Source: Fuerstiella sp.
GTDB lineage: Bacteria; Planctomycetota; Planctomycetia; Planctomycetales; Planctomycetaceae
Direction of reading: 5' to 3'
Length of the DNA: 64,000 bases
Assembly (NCBI GenBank): GCA_029247265.1
Contig: JAQWLN010000100.1
Location: 5,122-69,121 of the forward strand
A model generated the notes under the pieces. That model was not told where the DNA came from. It did no database searches and saw only the letters and a list, made by a program, of their open reading frames with translations. A program made the translations under genes and the position numbers. Shown here one piece after another: positions 1 through 9,140 of this stretch. The number at the start of each line of letters is the position of its first letter. Position 1 is the first letter of the stretch.

Positions 1-297
1 GTGCGTTTGCTGAACCAGCACTTCTTCATAGCGTCCGTCGACGGTCCTTCCAGGAACTCGCAGCTTTAACATCGCCATCAGGTAACGAAACGCCGGCCCG
101 TCGGTGATGGAACGGGACATGCGGCAACCCGTACCGCCATCGCCGATACCAAACAAGTGAGCATGAATATCAAGCGTGGGAGATCGTTGCACCTCGTCTG
201 CGTCAGTCACATTCGCAAATGAAGGCATTAACCATGGCGACGCCGTGCTGGCCAGGAATGTTCGTCGACTCCAAAGATTCCTCATCATATTCCTCAT
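1..297 (-). CDS. Tat-exported amidohydrolase-family protein, N-terminal part (runs off the window start)
   Basis: Hand translation of the minus strand from ATG 297 (in-frame ATGs also at 300, 288, 285 and 228): MRNMMRNLWSRRTFLASTASPWLMPSFANVTDADEVQRSPTLDIHAHLFGIGDGGTGCRMS... It has a twin-arginine motif (SRRTFL) and a DxHxH metal-binding motif. Not in the ORF track. Confidence 0.75.
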   Translation of the reverse strand, partial: MRNMMRNLWSRRTFLASTASPWLMPSFANVTDADEVQRSPTLDIHAHLFGIGDGGTGCRMSRSITDGPAFRYLMAMLKLRVPGRTVDGRYEEVLVQQTH

Positions 298-316
298 CAT
301 ATTCCTCACTATTTAA

Positions 317-332
317 GTAAGTGTGCACTTAC
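317..332. promoter_or_regulatory. Putative TetR operator GTAAGTG-TG-CACTTAC upstream of the amidohydrolase gene
   Basis: Perfect 7-bp inverted repeat with a 2-bp spacer; the same arms recur at 963-978. Confidence 0.75.
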
Positions 333-349
333 ATATAGGGCAAAAAAAC

Positions 350-943
350 TCACGAATCGTTACTGTTCATCAGACACTCCGCTACGTCTTCAAACATTTT
401 CTCTCGTTGACGTTTTGGCAGCAGCTTCAGCTCTCGAATGATGTTTGACATAGTAGCTAACCCCAGCAGTCCCCATGCAGCCGATTCGGCTGACAATATT
501 GCCTCTGAATGCCCTGGGTTGCGACCGGCATCGACGTGGTGGCACACAAGTTTGTGGAACCGCCTGTACATGCCCGTCAGAGCAGATTGGATCTCCGGGT
601 CGTCAGTTTCGGTCAGGGCAGCAAAGACGATTCGATAAAATCCCGAATCACCCTGATGAATCGTTTCGTATCTGACGATCCGCTGCATGGCCTGCTCAGG
701 AGTCTGACTGTCCTCCAGAAGCTGACTCCATACGACAGACCTTGCCTGAAAAATCTCATCGATAGCTGCCAGGAACATGGCTTTCTTGTTCGGCCACAAT
801 CGGTACAGAATGTTTTCCCGAACACGACATCGCCCAGCCAGTTCGGCGGTCGTTGCACGCCGGTAGCCAAGCTCGCTGAATACCTGACAGACGATTGGTA
901 TCAGCTTCCGGGTTTGCTCTTCAATCTGGCTGGGCCGTGGCAT
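350..943 (-). CDS. TetR/AcrR family transcriptional regulator
   Basis: N-terminal HTH VFSELGYRRATTAELAGRCRVRENILYRLWPNKKAMF; 197 aa, all-helical. Confidence 0.92.
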   Translation of the reverse strand: MPRPSQIEEQTRKLIPIVCQVFSELGYRRATTAELAGRCRVRENILYRLWPNKKAMFLAAIDEIFQARSVVWSQLLEDSQTPEQAMQRIVRYETIHQGDSGFYRIVFAALTETDDPEIQSALTGMYRRFHKLVCHHVDAGRNPGHSEAILSAESAAWGLLGLATMSNIIRELKLLPKRQREKMFEDVAECLMNSNDS

Positions 944-962
944 TCGAATTTGCCTCAGAGGT

Positions 963-1006
963 GTAAGTGTTCACTTACTATACTAGAAGCAGGCCGAGAG
1001 TGTCAA
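963..1006 (-). promoter_or_regulatory. Sigma70-like promoter of tetR (TTGACA-N18-TATAGT) overlapped by operator GTAAGTG-NN-CACTTAC
   Basis: Minus strand: TTGACA at 1006-1001 and TATAGT at 982-977; palindrome at 963-978, 20 bp upstream of the tetR ATG. Confidence 0.7.
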
Positions 1007-1129
1007 CATTGTCGGAGGCAGTTCAGACGACAGTGGGTTTCCGGCCGCCAACTAAGTCGACATTTGTTGCAGCCAGCAGGCCGAGCAGCACAAAACGCAG
1101 CTAAACGCCATGCTGTCTTCGAACGGCCT

Positions 1130-2632
1130 CTATTTCTTCAGGCCGTGGCTTGGATTGTCGCGTCCATCGAAGTATTTGTCGCGAATCCATTTGGGCTGCC
1201 ATTTATCCAGTGTGCGGTTGCTGTTGCTGTATTCGGGGATCTTCGGCTTCGGGTTCTTGACGCTGAGCGGATCCCTGTCTCCGACTCGGGTTCGCCACGA
1301 CTCCATCAACGCCGTCAGGCGTTCAACTTCCGATGCATGTGCCGCATCATCAGCCAGATTGTTCATCTCATGCGGATCTGACTTCAGATCGAACAGAAGC
1401 TGATGATTGATTTGCGGGTAGATGTGCAGTTTCCATCGGCCATCGTTGATAGCGCGCTGATTATCCTGAAACGGCAGGAAGATTGAATCCCGCACTTTGT
1501 TGCTGGTGCCCTGCATGATTGGCGTCAGATCGCGGGAATCGACATCCGGCGGCGGTTTGATGCCGGCAAAGCTGCAAACCGTGGCATACGTATCGTGAAC
1601 GTATGTGAATGCGTCACTTGATTGCCCCTGTGGTATGCCTGGCCCGCTCAGAATCAGCGGGCACTGCATACTCTGCTCATAAATGTTCTGCTTGCCCAGC
1701 AGACCATGGCTTCCCATAGCCAGCCCGTGGTCAGCGGTGTAGACGACATACGTGTTTTCTGCGTGAGGGCTGTCTTTCAGCGCCTGCAGAACGCGTCCCA
1801 CCTGTTCATCCAGATGAGTGACCAGGCCGTAGTATTCGCACAGCTGATCGCCGACAATTTCCGGTGTTCGTGGCCACGGTGCCAGCCCTTCATCACGTCC
1901 CATCGTTGCCTGAGGAGCATTCATGAATGGGTGCTGCGGCAGAAAGTTCTTTGGCAACGGCGGACGTTGGTCATAGTAGATCTTCCGATACGCCTCCGGC
2001 GGATTGCGGGGATCATGCGGAGCTGTGAACGCCACGTACAGAAAGAATGGATTGTCAGCATCAGCGGCCCGGATATAGTCGACAGCTTCATCTGCGAAGA
2101 CAGAACTGGAAAATCCACCCGCGGGACGCTTTGCACTCAGCTCGCCGTCAACAAGATCCTGTACTTCGAAATCGGCATGATTGGCCATGCCACCCATGTA
2201 GACCGACCGACCGGACGAAAATGCCCGGCGCAGTGTCGCCTTGCCGTTGTGCCATTTGCCGACAATGAACGTGCGATAGTCACCTTCCGATTCCAGCACG
2301 GCAGGCAGCAGCGGCAACTGCTTCCAGTCAGATGCGACTTTTTCGGATGGAATGTTCATCCAGTGTCGCCCGGTCATCAGCATCGCCCGACTGGCGACAC
2401 ACACGGCACCGCTGAAGGATCCAGCGCAATAGTTTTTTCGAAAACTGAATCCAGCAGCTGCAAGTTGATCCATGTTCGGAGTCTGAATATGTGGATTCCC
2501 GTGAGCCCCAATCGTGTCGGCTCGTTGGTCGTCCGCAAACAGAAAGATGATGTTCGGCCTGGCATCCGCCGCCTTCATTACGTTCTGCGACGCCAGAAAT
2601 ATCGTGATCAGAAGGAGTGTCGCGTGTTTCAT
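1130..2632 (-). CDS. Sulfatase (choline-sulfatase/arylsulfatase-like), secreted
   Basis: Signal peptide MKHATLLL...; RPNIIFLFADDQ; formylglycine motif variant CVASRAMLMTG; GKWH; ADHG. Start moved from 3004 to ATG 2632. Confidence 0.92.
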   Translation of the reverse strand: MKHATLLLITIFLASQNVMKAADARPNIIFLFADDQRADTIGAHGNPHIQTPNMDQLAAAGFSFRKNYCAGSFSGAVCVASRAMLMTGRHWMNIPSEKVASDWKQLPLLPAVLESEGDYRTFIVGKWHNGKATLRRAFSSGRSVYMGGMANHADFEVQDLVDGELSAKRPAGGFSSSVFADEAVDYIRAADADNPFFLYVAFTAPHDPRNPPEAYRKIYYDQRPPLPKNFLPQHPFMNAPQATMGRDEGLAPWPRTPEIVGDQLCEYYGLVTHLDEQVGRVLQALKDSPHAENTYVVYTADHGLAMGSHGLLGKQNIYEQSMQCPLILSGPGIPQGQSSDAFTYVHDTYATVCSFAGIKPPPDVDSRDLTPIMQGTSNKVRDSIFLPFQDNQRAINDGRWKLHIYPQINHQLLFDLKSDPHEMNNLADDAAHASEVERLTALMESWRTRVGDRDPLSVKNPKPKIPEYSNSNRTLDKWQPKWIRDKYFDGRDNPSHGLKK

Positions 2633-3043
2633 GATCGGGCCGTGCTCGATAGTGGAATTCGGAATAAAACAAGTTACATTTTGACCTACACGGTACTGGC
2701 TCGTGGCAGCAATGAAACTGCAACCGAAAACCGACGTTCGCGGCCACAAGTCAGCGTAAAACGCTGTAGCAAGAGTAAAATAGTCCGGTCGATGCTGAGA
2801 GTTTTCAGATAGTGGTGACCGTGACAGCTGAGATTCCCCAGCCCCGATCGTCCGCGAACATAAAAGATTCCGGGCCGAGTCTCCGTCACAGCACGAGACG
2901 GGGCCAGCAGCATGCTGGTGGTCGCAAGTACATATGAAGTTTTGTCTGTTCACACTTTTCACTCTGAAAAACGATGAGCGAAAGCGCTGCGTGTGTGGAA
3001 TCAAAGACGGCCCGTGAACTGGCGGAAAACACTACCGGCTCTG

Positions 3044-4531
3044 TTATTTGGCGTACGCCGGCCGCCATGGTGTTTTCCCGTCTTTCGGCTGCAGAAACTG
3101 TGCGTCAACGGATTGATACCATGTGTGCAGGCGACCTCGCATCTGTTCGACTCGTTCCGGCATCGCGGCTGCAAGGTCGTTGGCTTCGCCGATGTCGGAT
3201 GCCAGGTTGTAAAGGTGGACCTGACCATCTTCGTAACGTTCTATCAGTTTGAAGTCACCTTCCCGAATGGCGCCACCGGGAATACCGCCCTGGTTGCTGT
3301 AGTGCGGATAATGCCAGAACAGCGACTTGCGAGACAGAGTTTTGCCCTCAAGTGCCGGACGAATGTCGATACCGTCAATGTCGTGTTTCACATTCACGCC
3401 CGCTGCGGTTGCGACCGTTGGGAACAGGTCTATCGAGCAGATCGGTTCGGCACATACAGCTCCCGCCTTTGTGACACCCGGGTATCTCACAATCCACGGT
3501 TCACGAATACCACCTTCGTAGACCCAGCCCTTACCGCCTCGCAGTGGCAGGTTGCTGGTGGGTGAGCCCTCGGACGTGGACAGTCCTCCGTTGTCTGATG
3601 TCAGCAGCACCACGGTGTTGTCTGCGACTCCTGATGCTTCCAGTTGGTTCAAAACCTTGCCGACGGCCTGGTCCATGGCTTCAACCATCGCTGCATAGAC
3701 AGCGTGCTTCTGCAGAATTCGGACTTTGCGCGGCTTGTCGCCGAAGATCTGTTCTTCATCTGCAAACTCTGCACCTGCGATGCCCTCGGCCTTCTTCTTG
3801 TATTTCTCCACCAGATCAGGTCGACCCATCAGCGGCGTGTGGACGGAATAGAACGCCAGGTACGCCAGGAAGGGTTTGTCTTTGTTGGCCTCAATGAAGC
3901 CGGCCGTTTCACGGGCCAGGCGAGCCGGCAGATGTTCGCCGGCCGGACTTTCGACCTTGATCTGTGGATTTTCAAACGGCGCGAAATACCTTTTGCCCGA
4001 ATAAGGACCACCTCGATGGTACCCACCGATATTCACATCGAAACCCCGATTCTGCGGATAGTATTCCTCGCTGCTGCCGAGATGACATTTGCCGGCAAAG
4101 AACGTGGCATACCCTTTGTCTTTAAGTGCCTGAGCGATCGTAATTTCGTCCAGAGGCATGTTGTCGTTCAACGGGGCTGGACGGAATTTCCCACCTCTCT
4201 TGCCGGAAAAGAAATTCGTGGCCCGCACGCGTGTTGGGTATTTACCCGTCACCAGGCTGTACCGAGTTGGTGAACAGACGGGATTGGCCGCATACCCGTC
4301 TGTGAATCGTAGACCGGTTGCCGCCAGTCCATCGATGTTGGGCGTTTCGTAGAAGCAGTTGGGGTTATTGGCCCCGATATCCATGTAGCCCAGGTCATCG
4401 ACCAGAATCACAACAATGTTCGGCGTGTTTGCTGAACGACTCCCAGCTGCGCCAGCCAGAGGACCAAATGAATTCACGATCACTGCCAAAGCAAATAGTC
4501 GTGAAATGAATTGCCACTTCATGATGTTCAT
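3044..4531 (-). CDS. Sulfatase (arylsulfatase A-like), secreted
   Basis: PNIVVILVDDLG; CSPTRYSLVTG; TSDNGG; RGGKGWVYEGGIR; signal peptide. Start is 4531 or 4522. Confidence 0.95.
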   Translation of the reverse strand: MNIMKWQFISRLFALAVIVNSFGPLAGAAGSRSANTPNIVVILVDDLGYMDIGANNPNCFYETPNIDGLAATGLRFTDGYAANPVCSPTRYSLVTGKYPTRVRATNFFSGKRGGKFRPAPLNDNMPLDEITIAQALKDKGYATFFAGKCHLGSSEEYYPQNRGFDVNIGGYHRGGPYSGKRYFAPFENPQIKVESPAGEHLPARLARETAGFIEANKDKPFLAYLAFYSVHTPLMGRPDLVEKYKKKAEGIAGAEFADEEQIFGDKPRKVRILQKHAVYAAMVEAMDQAVGKVLNQLEASGVADNTVVLLTSDNGGLSTSEGSPTSNLPLRGGKGWVYEGGIREPWIVRYPGVTKAGAVCAEPICSIDLFPTVATAAGVNVKHDIDGIDIRPALEGKTLSRKSLFWHYPHYSNQGGIPGGAIREGDFKLIERYEDGQVHLYNLASDIGEANDLAAAMPERVEQMRGRLHTWYQSVDAQFLQPKDGKTPWRPAYAK

Positions 4532-5078
4532 GTTTTGATCCTGTCCTGTCTGAGCGACGACAAACACCTTTTCTGCTCGGAGCGCCCTGATGTGGAAACG
4601 CTGCGAAAATAAATAAAATCCTGATTGGTTCCACGTCGTGGTGAGTGCGAGTGACCCCCTTCTGAATTCCCGAATTCAGGCGTCTGTCATTATGCGCACG
4701 GTCCTGAAGATTGTCAGCCTGCACGGATATGTGTCCTGTGATATGCCCGTTTTCGCTGCATCGCAACAGTTTCAAGTGGTCGGTCGTGGCTGACGCGATG
4801 GCGAACATCGTATCTGCGGCCCATGATGCGGGACTTAACGACTGACTCCGCCCATAACGGCAACGGGATTGTTTCAATCGGTGTAATCGGAAAACTGTCG
4901 TCAGTGAGAAATGTTTACCGGACTGTCTGGACCTGAACCTTTCGGCGACAAAATTGAAGAGTAGGCATTGATCTGACAGCCAAATCCGGCATGTACCCCA
5001 TGGGTGGGTAATAGTTCGGCGAACTAACGAAGCACGATGTACCTACCCTTACCGATTCGAGATATTGGAGAATTGTCC

Positions 5079-5534
5079 ATGAGAAGTGTTCTTTCACTGT
5101 TGGCCGTAGCTGTCATGAGCGGTGTTGTTGCACCTCAGTCTGTCGAAGCTGGCCTGTTCGGTCATTTCAAACGATCCAGTTGCGACTCATGTGCTCCTGA
5201 AGCGACCTGTGCAGCTCCATCCTGTTGTGCACCAGTGGCCGCAACATGCTGTGCACCTGTTGCTCCAACCTGCTGTGCCCCCGCACCTGTCTGCTGCGAA
5301 CCAGAGCCTTGCTGTGACCCCTGCGGCAAGCGTCGCTGCCGTCTGTTTTCCGGTCGTCTGTTGAGAAAGTTGCGACATAAGAAGGCCTGCTGCCCGGATC
5401 CATGCTGCGAGCCAGCACCGGTATCATGCTGTGCACCAGCTGCTCCATCATGCTGTGCTCCAGCTGCACCATCATGTTGTGCTCCTGTAGCCGCATCATG
5501 TGCTGCTCCTGCACCAGCACCACCAGCAGAGTAA
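5079..5534 (+). CDS. Secreted Cys/Pro/Ala-rich repeat protein (CCAP repeats)
   Basis: RBS GGAG at 5067-5070; signal peptide ending VEA; ~26 Cys, mostly as CC pairs in (S/T)CCAP units; followed by a terminator. Confidence 0.85.
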   Translation: MRSVLSLLAVAVMSGVVAPQSVEAGLFGHFKRSSCDSCAPEATCAAPSCCAPVAATCCAPVAPTCCAPAPVCCEPEPCCDPCGKRRCRLFSGRLLRKLRHKKACCPDPCCEPAPVSCCAPAAPSCCAPAAPSCCAPVAASCAAPAPAPPAE

Positions 5535-5575
5535 TCGCGACATGTAAATTGGCATCCGCGACATACTGAAGAATC

Positions 5576-5605
5576 AAAGGCCGGTGACATTCGTCACCGG
5601 CCTTT
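5576..5605. terminator. Intrinsic terminator, probably bidirectional
   Basis: AAAGGCCGGTGAC-ATTC-GTCACCGGCCTTT: perfect 13-bp stem with A-run and T-run ends, between convergent genes. Confidence 0.85.
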
Positions 5606-5731
5606 CTTCGTGCGCGAGCTGAAACGAAGGGACATTGTGTTTATTTGAAAACGCTGAACGTCCGCTGCTTACGTTGCTCGCTGATTCGGGAGAGCGTCCG
5701 AGCTTTGAAGACTCAATGGTGGTCGCCAGGC

Positions 5732-6190
5732 CTATTGTTCCAGGTAAGGCTTGAGTCCTTTAGCCAGCAGGTCCGTCCAGCCGGAATGCAGCGAATCGAC
5801 CTGCTTCTGGCTGACATGTCCCGACAGGGGGTCTGTCATCGTCAGCAGTGTGCCGTCTCCATCATCGGCCAGGCGAAATGAGAGCATCGATGTTGCCGGA
5901 CCACCCCATTGTGGAGTGCAGAATCCAACCACATCAAGGGATTTTTCGACATCAAAGGCCAACACCGTATACCACAGCAGTCCGCCACCTTCGGTCTCTT
6001 CGTACATACGCCCACCGGGTTTCAGTTCAAGCGTCACAATCGAATCCGTGCCCAACATGTGAAAGTCCGGAAGCCACCATGCATTCAGCTGATCCGTCAA
6101 ACCGCGCCAGACCCGATCCTTCGATGACTGAATCGAAACACTTACCTCGTAGCTGGTGACGCCGGCTTCGGTAATAGACACTTGAGGCAT
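5732..6190 (-). CDS. SRPBCC/AHSA1 (START-like) domain protein
   Basis: SVSIQSSKDRVWRGLTDQLNAWW...LELKPGGRMYE...GWTDLL; downstream of an ArsR gene, a common pairing. Confidence 0.85.
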   Translation of the reverse strand: MPQVSITEAGVTSYEVSVSIQSSKDRVWRGLTDQLNAWWLPDFHMLGTDSIVTLELKPGGRMYEETEGGGLLWYTVLAFDVEKSLDVVGFCTPQWGGPATSMLSFRLADDGDGTLLTMTDPLSGHVSQKQVDSLHSGWTDLLAKGLKPYLEQ

Positions 6191-6240
6191 GTTGTTCTCG
6201 TTTCTCGGATTGTGACGACCGCGATCAGGCTGCTGCTCAT

Positions 6241-6602
6241 CTACGGTTCGGCAGGTGTCGGACTTGTGATATCAGCTTCGACGACTTCTCTGAGCCGGTC
6301 CAGTGAACTCGCCATCCGCTGAGCATGCGCCTGCACCCAGGGCCGGCACACAGTTTGAAGAGGTTTGTTGTTCAGGATGTTCCAGCGCTGCCGACCTCGT
6401 CTCTGCACAGAAACCAGGTTGGCTGCAGTGAGTACATCCAGATGCTTCATCACCGCCGTCCGGCACAGCTGTGGAAACAATTCCACAAGCTCACCGGTCA
6501 TCAGCGCCTGCCTGGCCAGTTCTTCCACCATCCGACGACGGACTCCGTCAGACAGCGCTTTCCAAACCAGATCTTTCTGCTGCTCGCTTAACGTGTTGCC
6601 AT
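6241..6602 (-). CDS. ArsR/SmtB family regulator (5' end has a probable 1-nt frameshift)
   Basis: The frame of ORF 6241-6531 extends upstream as ...LSEQQKDLVWKALSDGVRRRMVEEL...TGELVELFPQLCRTAVMKHLDVLTAANLV. The nearest upstream ATG (6602) is one nt out of frame. Confidence 0.75.
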
Positions 6603-6773
6603 ATGGTGATATGTTGTGACGGACGTGTCAAAACGGACTGATGGGAAACGGACGGCATGCGCGCATTCCGAGTGAGTGGTGGTAAGCTGACTGCGTCTTC
6701 CTTGTCTGTTAATCTGCAAAGGTCGACTGAAAACAGTTCTGTGGCCCGGCTTTCGCTTGTCGGTGCCCGACGA

Positions 6774-8930
6774 ATGAAACATTTTTCAATTACTGTGGTT
6801 ACATCAATGCTCCTTAATACACCAGAACGTATCGCTGTTGCAGGCGTGCGCAGACTTTCCGCCGCTCACTCTGTGTTGGCAATCCTGCTGGTCTGTCAGA
6901 CAGCAGCTTCGGCAGACGACATCTGGGATGTTGTCGTTTACGGCGGCACCAGCGCCGCGGTAACCACTGCAGTTCAATGTAAAGCGATGGGTAAGTCCGC
7001 AGTGATCGTCTGTCCGGACAGACACCTGGGCGGACTGACATCCGGCGGGCTCGGGTGGACGGATTCAGGAAACAAAGACGCCATCGGTGGGCTGAGTCGC
7101 GATTTCTACCACCGTGTCTGGAAACACTATCAGAAGCCGGAATCATGGAAGTGGGAAGACCAGGCGAAATTCGGCAATCGTAATCAGAGTCCTCCAGGCA
7201 AGTCCGGCAGTGGTGGATCGGCAATGTGGGTCTTCGAACCGCACGTTGCCGAACACATTTTTGAGCAGATGATTTCCGAAGCAAATATACCCGTGTACCG
7301 CGACGAATGGCTGGACCGCAGGCCTGGCACAGGTGTCAATGTCACCGATGGTCGCATCAACTCCATCACGATGCTCAGCGGCAGAACGTTTCTCGGACGG
7401 ATGTTCGTGGATGCAACTTACGAAGGTGACTTGCTGGCCGTCGCCGGGGTTGATTATCACGTTGGCCGCGAAGCGAACTCCGTCTACGACGAAGAATGGA
7501 ACGGAATTCAGGTGGGCGTGCTGCATCACAGTCATTGGTTTAAAACACCAGTGGATCCCTACCGAATCGTCGGCGATTCGTCGAGCGGTCTGCTGCCCGG
7601 GATCAGCAACGAATTGCCAGGCACCCGAGGTGACGGTGACCATCGTGTGCAGGCCTATTGTTTCCGGATGTGCCTGACGAATGTTGACGACAACCGCATA
7701 CCGTTTGTGAAACCGGAAGGATACGACGCATCGCAATACGAATTACTGCTGCGAGTCTTCGATGGTGGCTGGCGACAGATGTTTAACAAATTTGATCCCA
7801 TGCCCAACCATAAGACAGACACAAATAATCACGGTCCGTTCAGCACCGACTACATCGGCAGAAACTATGATTACCCGGAGGGCAGCTACGAACGCCGCCG
7901 CGAAATCATTCGTGAACACGAAGTTTATCAGCGGGGGCTGATGTACTTCATGGCGAATAATTCATCAGTTCCTGCGGACGTTCGCGCAGCGATGTCAAAG
8001 TGGGGTCTGTCAAAGGATGAGTTCAAAGACAACGCCGGCTGGCCTCACCAGATTTATGTGCGTGAAGCACGTCGCATGATTGGTAAATACGTCATGACAG
8101 AACATGACTGCCTGGACCGCGTGGAAACACCGGGTTCCGTTGGTATGGGGTCGTATACGCTGGATTCTCACAACGTGCAGCGCTATGTCACGCCGGACGG
8201 TCTCGTGCAGAACGAGGGTGACATCGGAGTGCATGCGCCACGGCCATACGAAATTTCTTACGGCTCTATCGTGCCAAAGAAGGGGCAGTGTGAGAATCTT
8301 CTGGTGCCGGTCTGTGTGTCATCCAGCCATATTGCTTTCGGGTCGATTCGCATGGAGCCTGTCTTTATGGTTCTGGGGCAGTCTGCTGCTACGGCCGCCT
8401 GCCTGTCGCTGGACAGAAATATCGCGGTCCAGGATCTGCCTTATAGTCAATTGAAGACGCGTCTGCTGGCAGATGGTCAGGTGCTCGAGATGGAAGACTC
8501 GTACGTGAATTCGTCTCGAAAAATGAAGGGAACAGTTGTCGATGACCATTCGGCGACGTTCATTGGAAACTGGCAGGGCTCAGCTGCAAACAAGCCATTT
8601 GTCGACAGTGGTTATCGACACAACGGCAACACAGAGCAGGGGCAGAAGTCTGCTCTGTTTGAAGCAAAACTGAAGCCGGGCCGGTACGAAGTACGGCTGT
8701 CGTATCCGCCCAACAGCAATCGAGCGGAAAACGTTCCTGTGACCGTCATTCACGCCACGGGCTCGAAGAGCATCCGAATCAATCAGCGAGAAAAACCCCC
8801 GATTGACGGAATCTTCGTCAGCCTTGGTCAGTTTTCATTTCATGACGTTGCCAAAGTGGAAGTCGGCACGGCAGACACCAACGGCCATGTCATCGTCGAC
8901 TCGGTACAGTTTCTGCCTGCAGGCAGGTGA
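6774..8930 (+). CDS. Secreted FAD-dependent oxidoreductase (FAD_oxidored type) with a C-terminal golvesin/xanthan-lyase-type beta-sandwich domain
   Basis: DVVVYGGTSAAVTTA; HLGGLTSGGLG; FVDATYEGDL; YVREARRMIG; SHIAFGSIRMEPVFM; C-terminal VVDDHSATFIGNW...GHVIVDSVQF. Start uncertain (6774 or 6807). Confidence 0.88.
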   Translation: MKHFSITVVTSMLLNTPERIAVAGVRRLSAAHSVLAILLVCQTAASADDIWDVVVYGGTSAAVTTAVQCKAMGKSAVIVCPDRHLGGLTSGGLGWTDSGNKDAIGGLSRDFYHRVWKHYQKPESWKWEDQAKFGNRNQSPPGKSGSGGSAMWVFEPHVAEHIFEQMISEANIPVYRDEWLDRRPGTGVNVTDGRINSITMLSGRTFLGRMFVDATYEGDLLAVAGVDYHVGREANSVYDEEWNGIQVGVLHHSHWFKTPVDPYRIVGDSSSGLLPGISNELPGTRGDGDHRVQAYCFRMCLTNVDDNRIPFVKPEGYDASQYELLLRVFDGGWRQMFNKFDPMPNHKTDTNNHGPFSTDYIGRNYDYPEGSYERRREIIREHEVYQRGLMYFMANNSSVPADVRAAMSKWGLSKDEFKDNAGWPHQIYVREARRMIGKYVMTEHDCLDRVETPGSVGMGSYTLDSHNVQRYVTPDGLVQNEGDIGVHAPRPYEISYGSIVPKKGQCENLLVPVCVSSSHIAFGSIRMEPVFMVLGQSAATAACLSLDRNIAVQDLPYSQLKTRLLADGQVLEMEDSYVNSSRKMKGTVVDDHSATFIGNWQGSAANKPFVDSGYRHNGNTEQGQKSALFEAKLKPGRYEVRLSYPPNSNRAENVPVTVIHATGSKSIRINQREKPPIDGIFVSLGQFSFHDVAKVEVGTADTNGHVIVDSVQFLPAGR

Positions 8931-9140
8931 GCAACTCGTCCGCCGCACGGAATCCGCATTTCAGTACGGTGCAGGAACAACACCGAAATCAGGGTCGGAA
9001 GTCAGGGCGCGGGGCCGAGCACAGGTCGCTGTTGACGAGATTTCGGGACTTGGAGAGAATTCTCGCCCACATGGATGTGACGTCTGCTGCACTGACGTCC
9101 AGTTCCCGAACGAATTGCACCTCCCGGCAGGACGCCTGGA

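Noticed and set aside
1622-2812. Long antisense ORFs (for example 1622..2812, 509..1381, 39648..40727, 41708..42577, 60800..61522)
   Set aside because: They shadow genes with clear family motifs on the other strand and have no recognisable motifs; expected in GC-rich coding DNA.
5079-5534. Cys-rich protein as a RiPP precursor
   Set aside because: It has an ordinary Sec-type signal peptide and no modifying enzyme, peptidase or transporter nearby.
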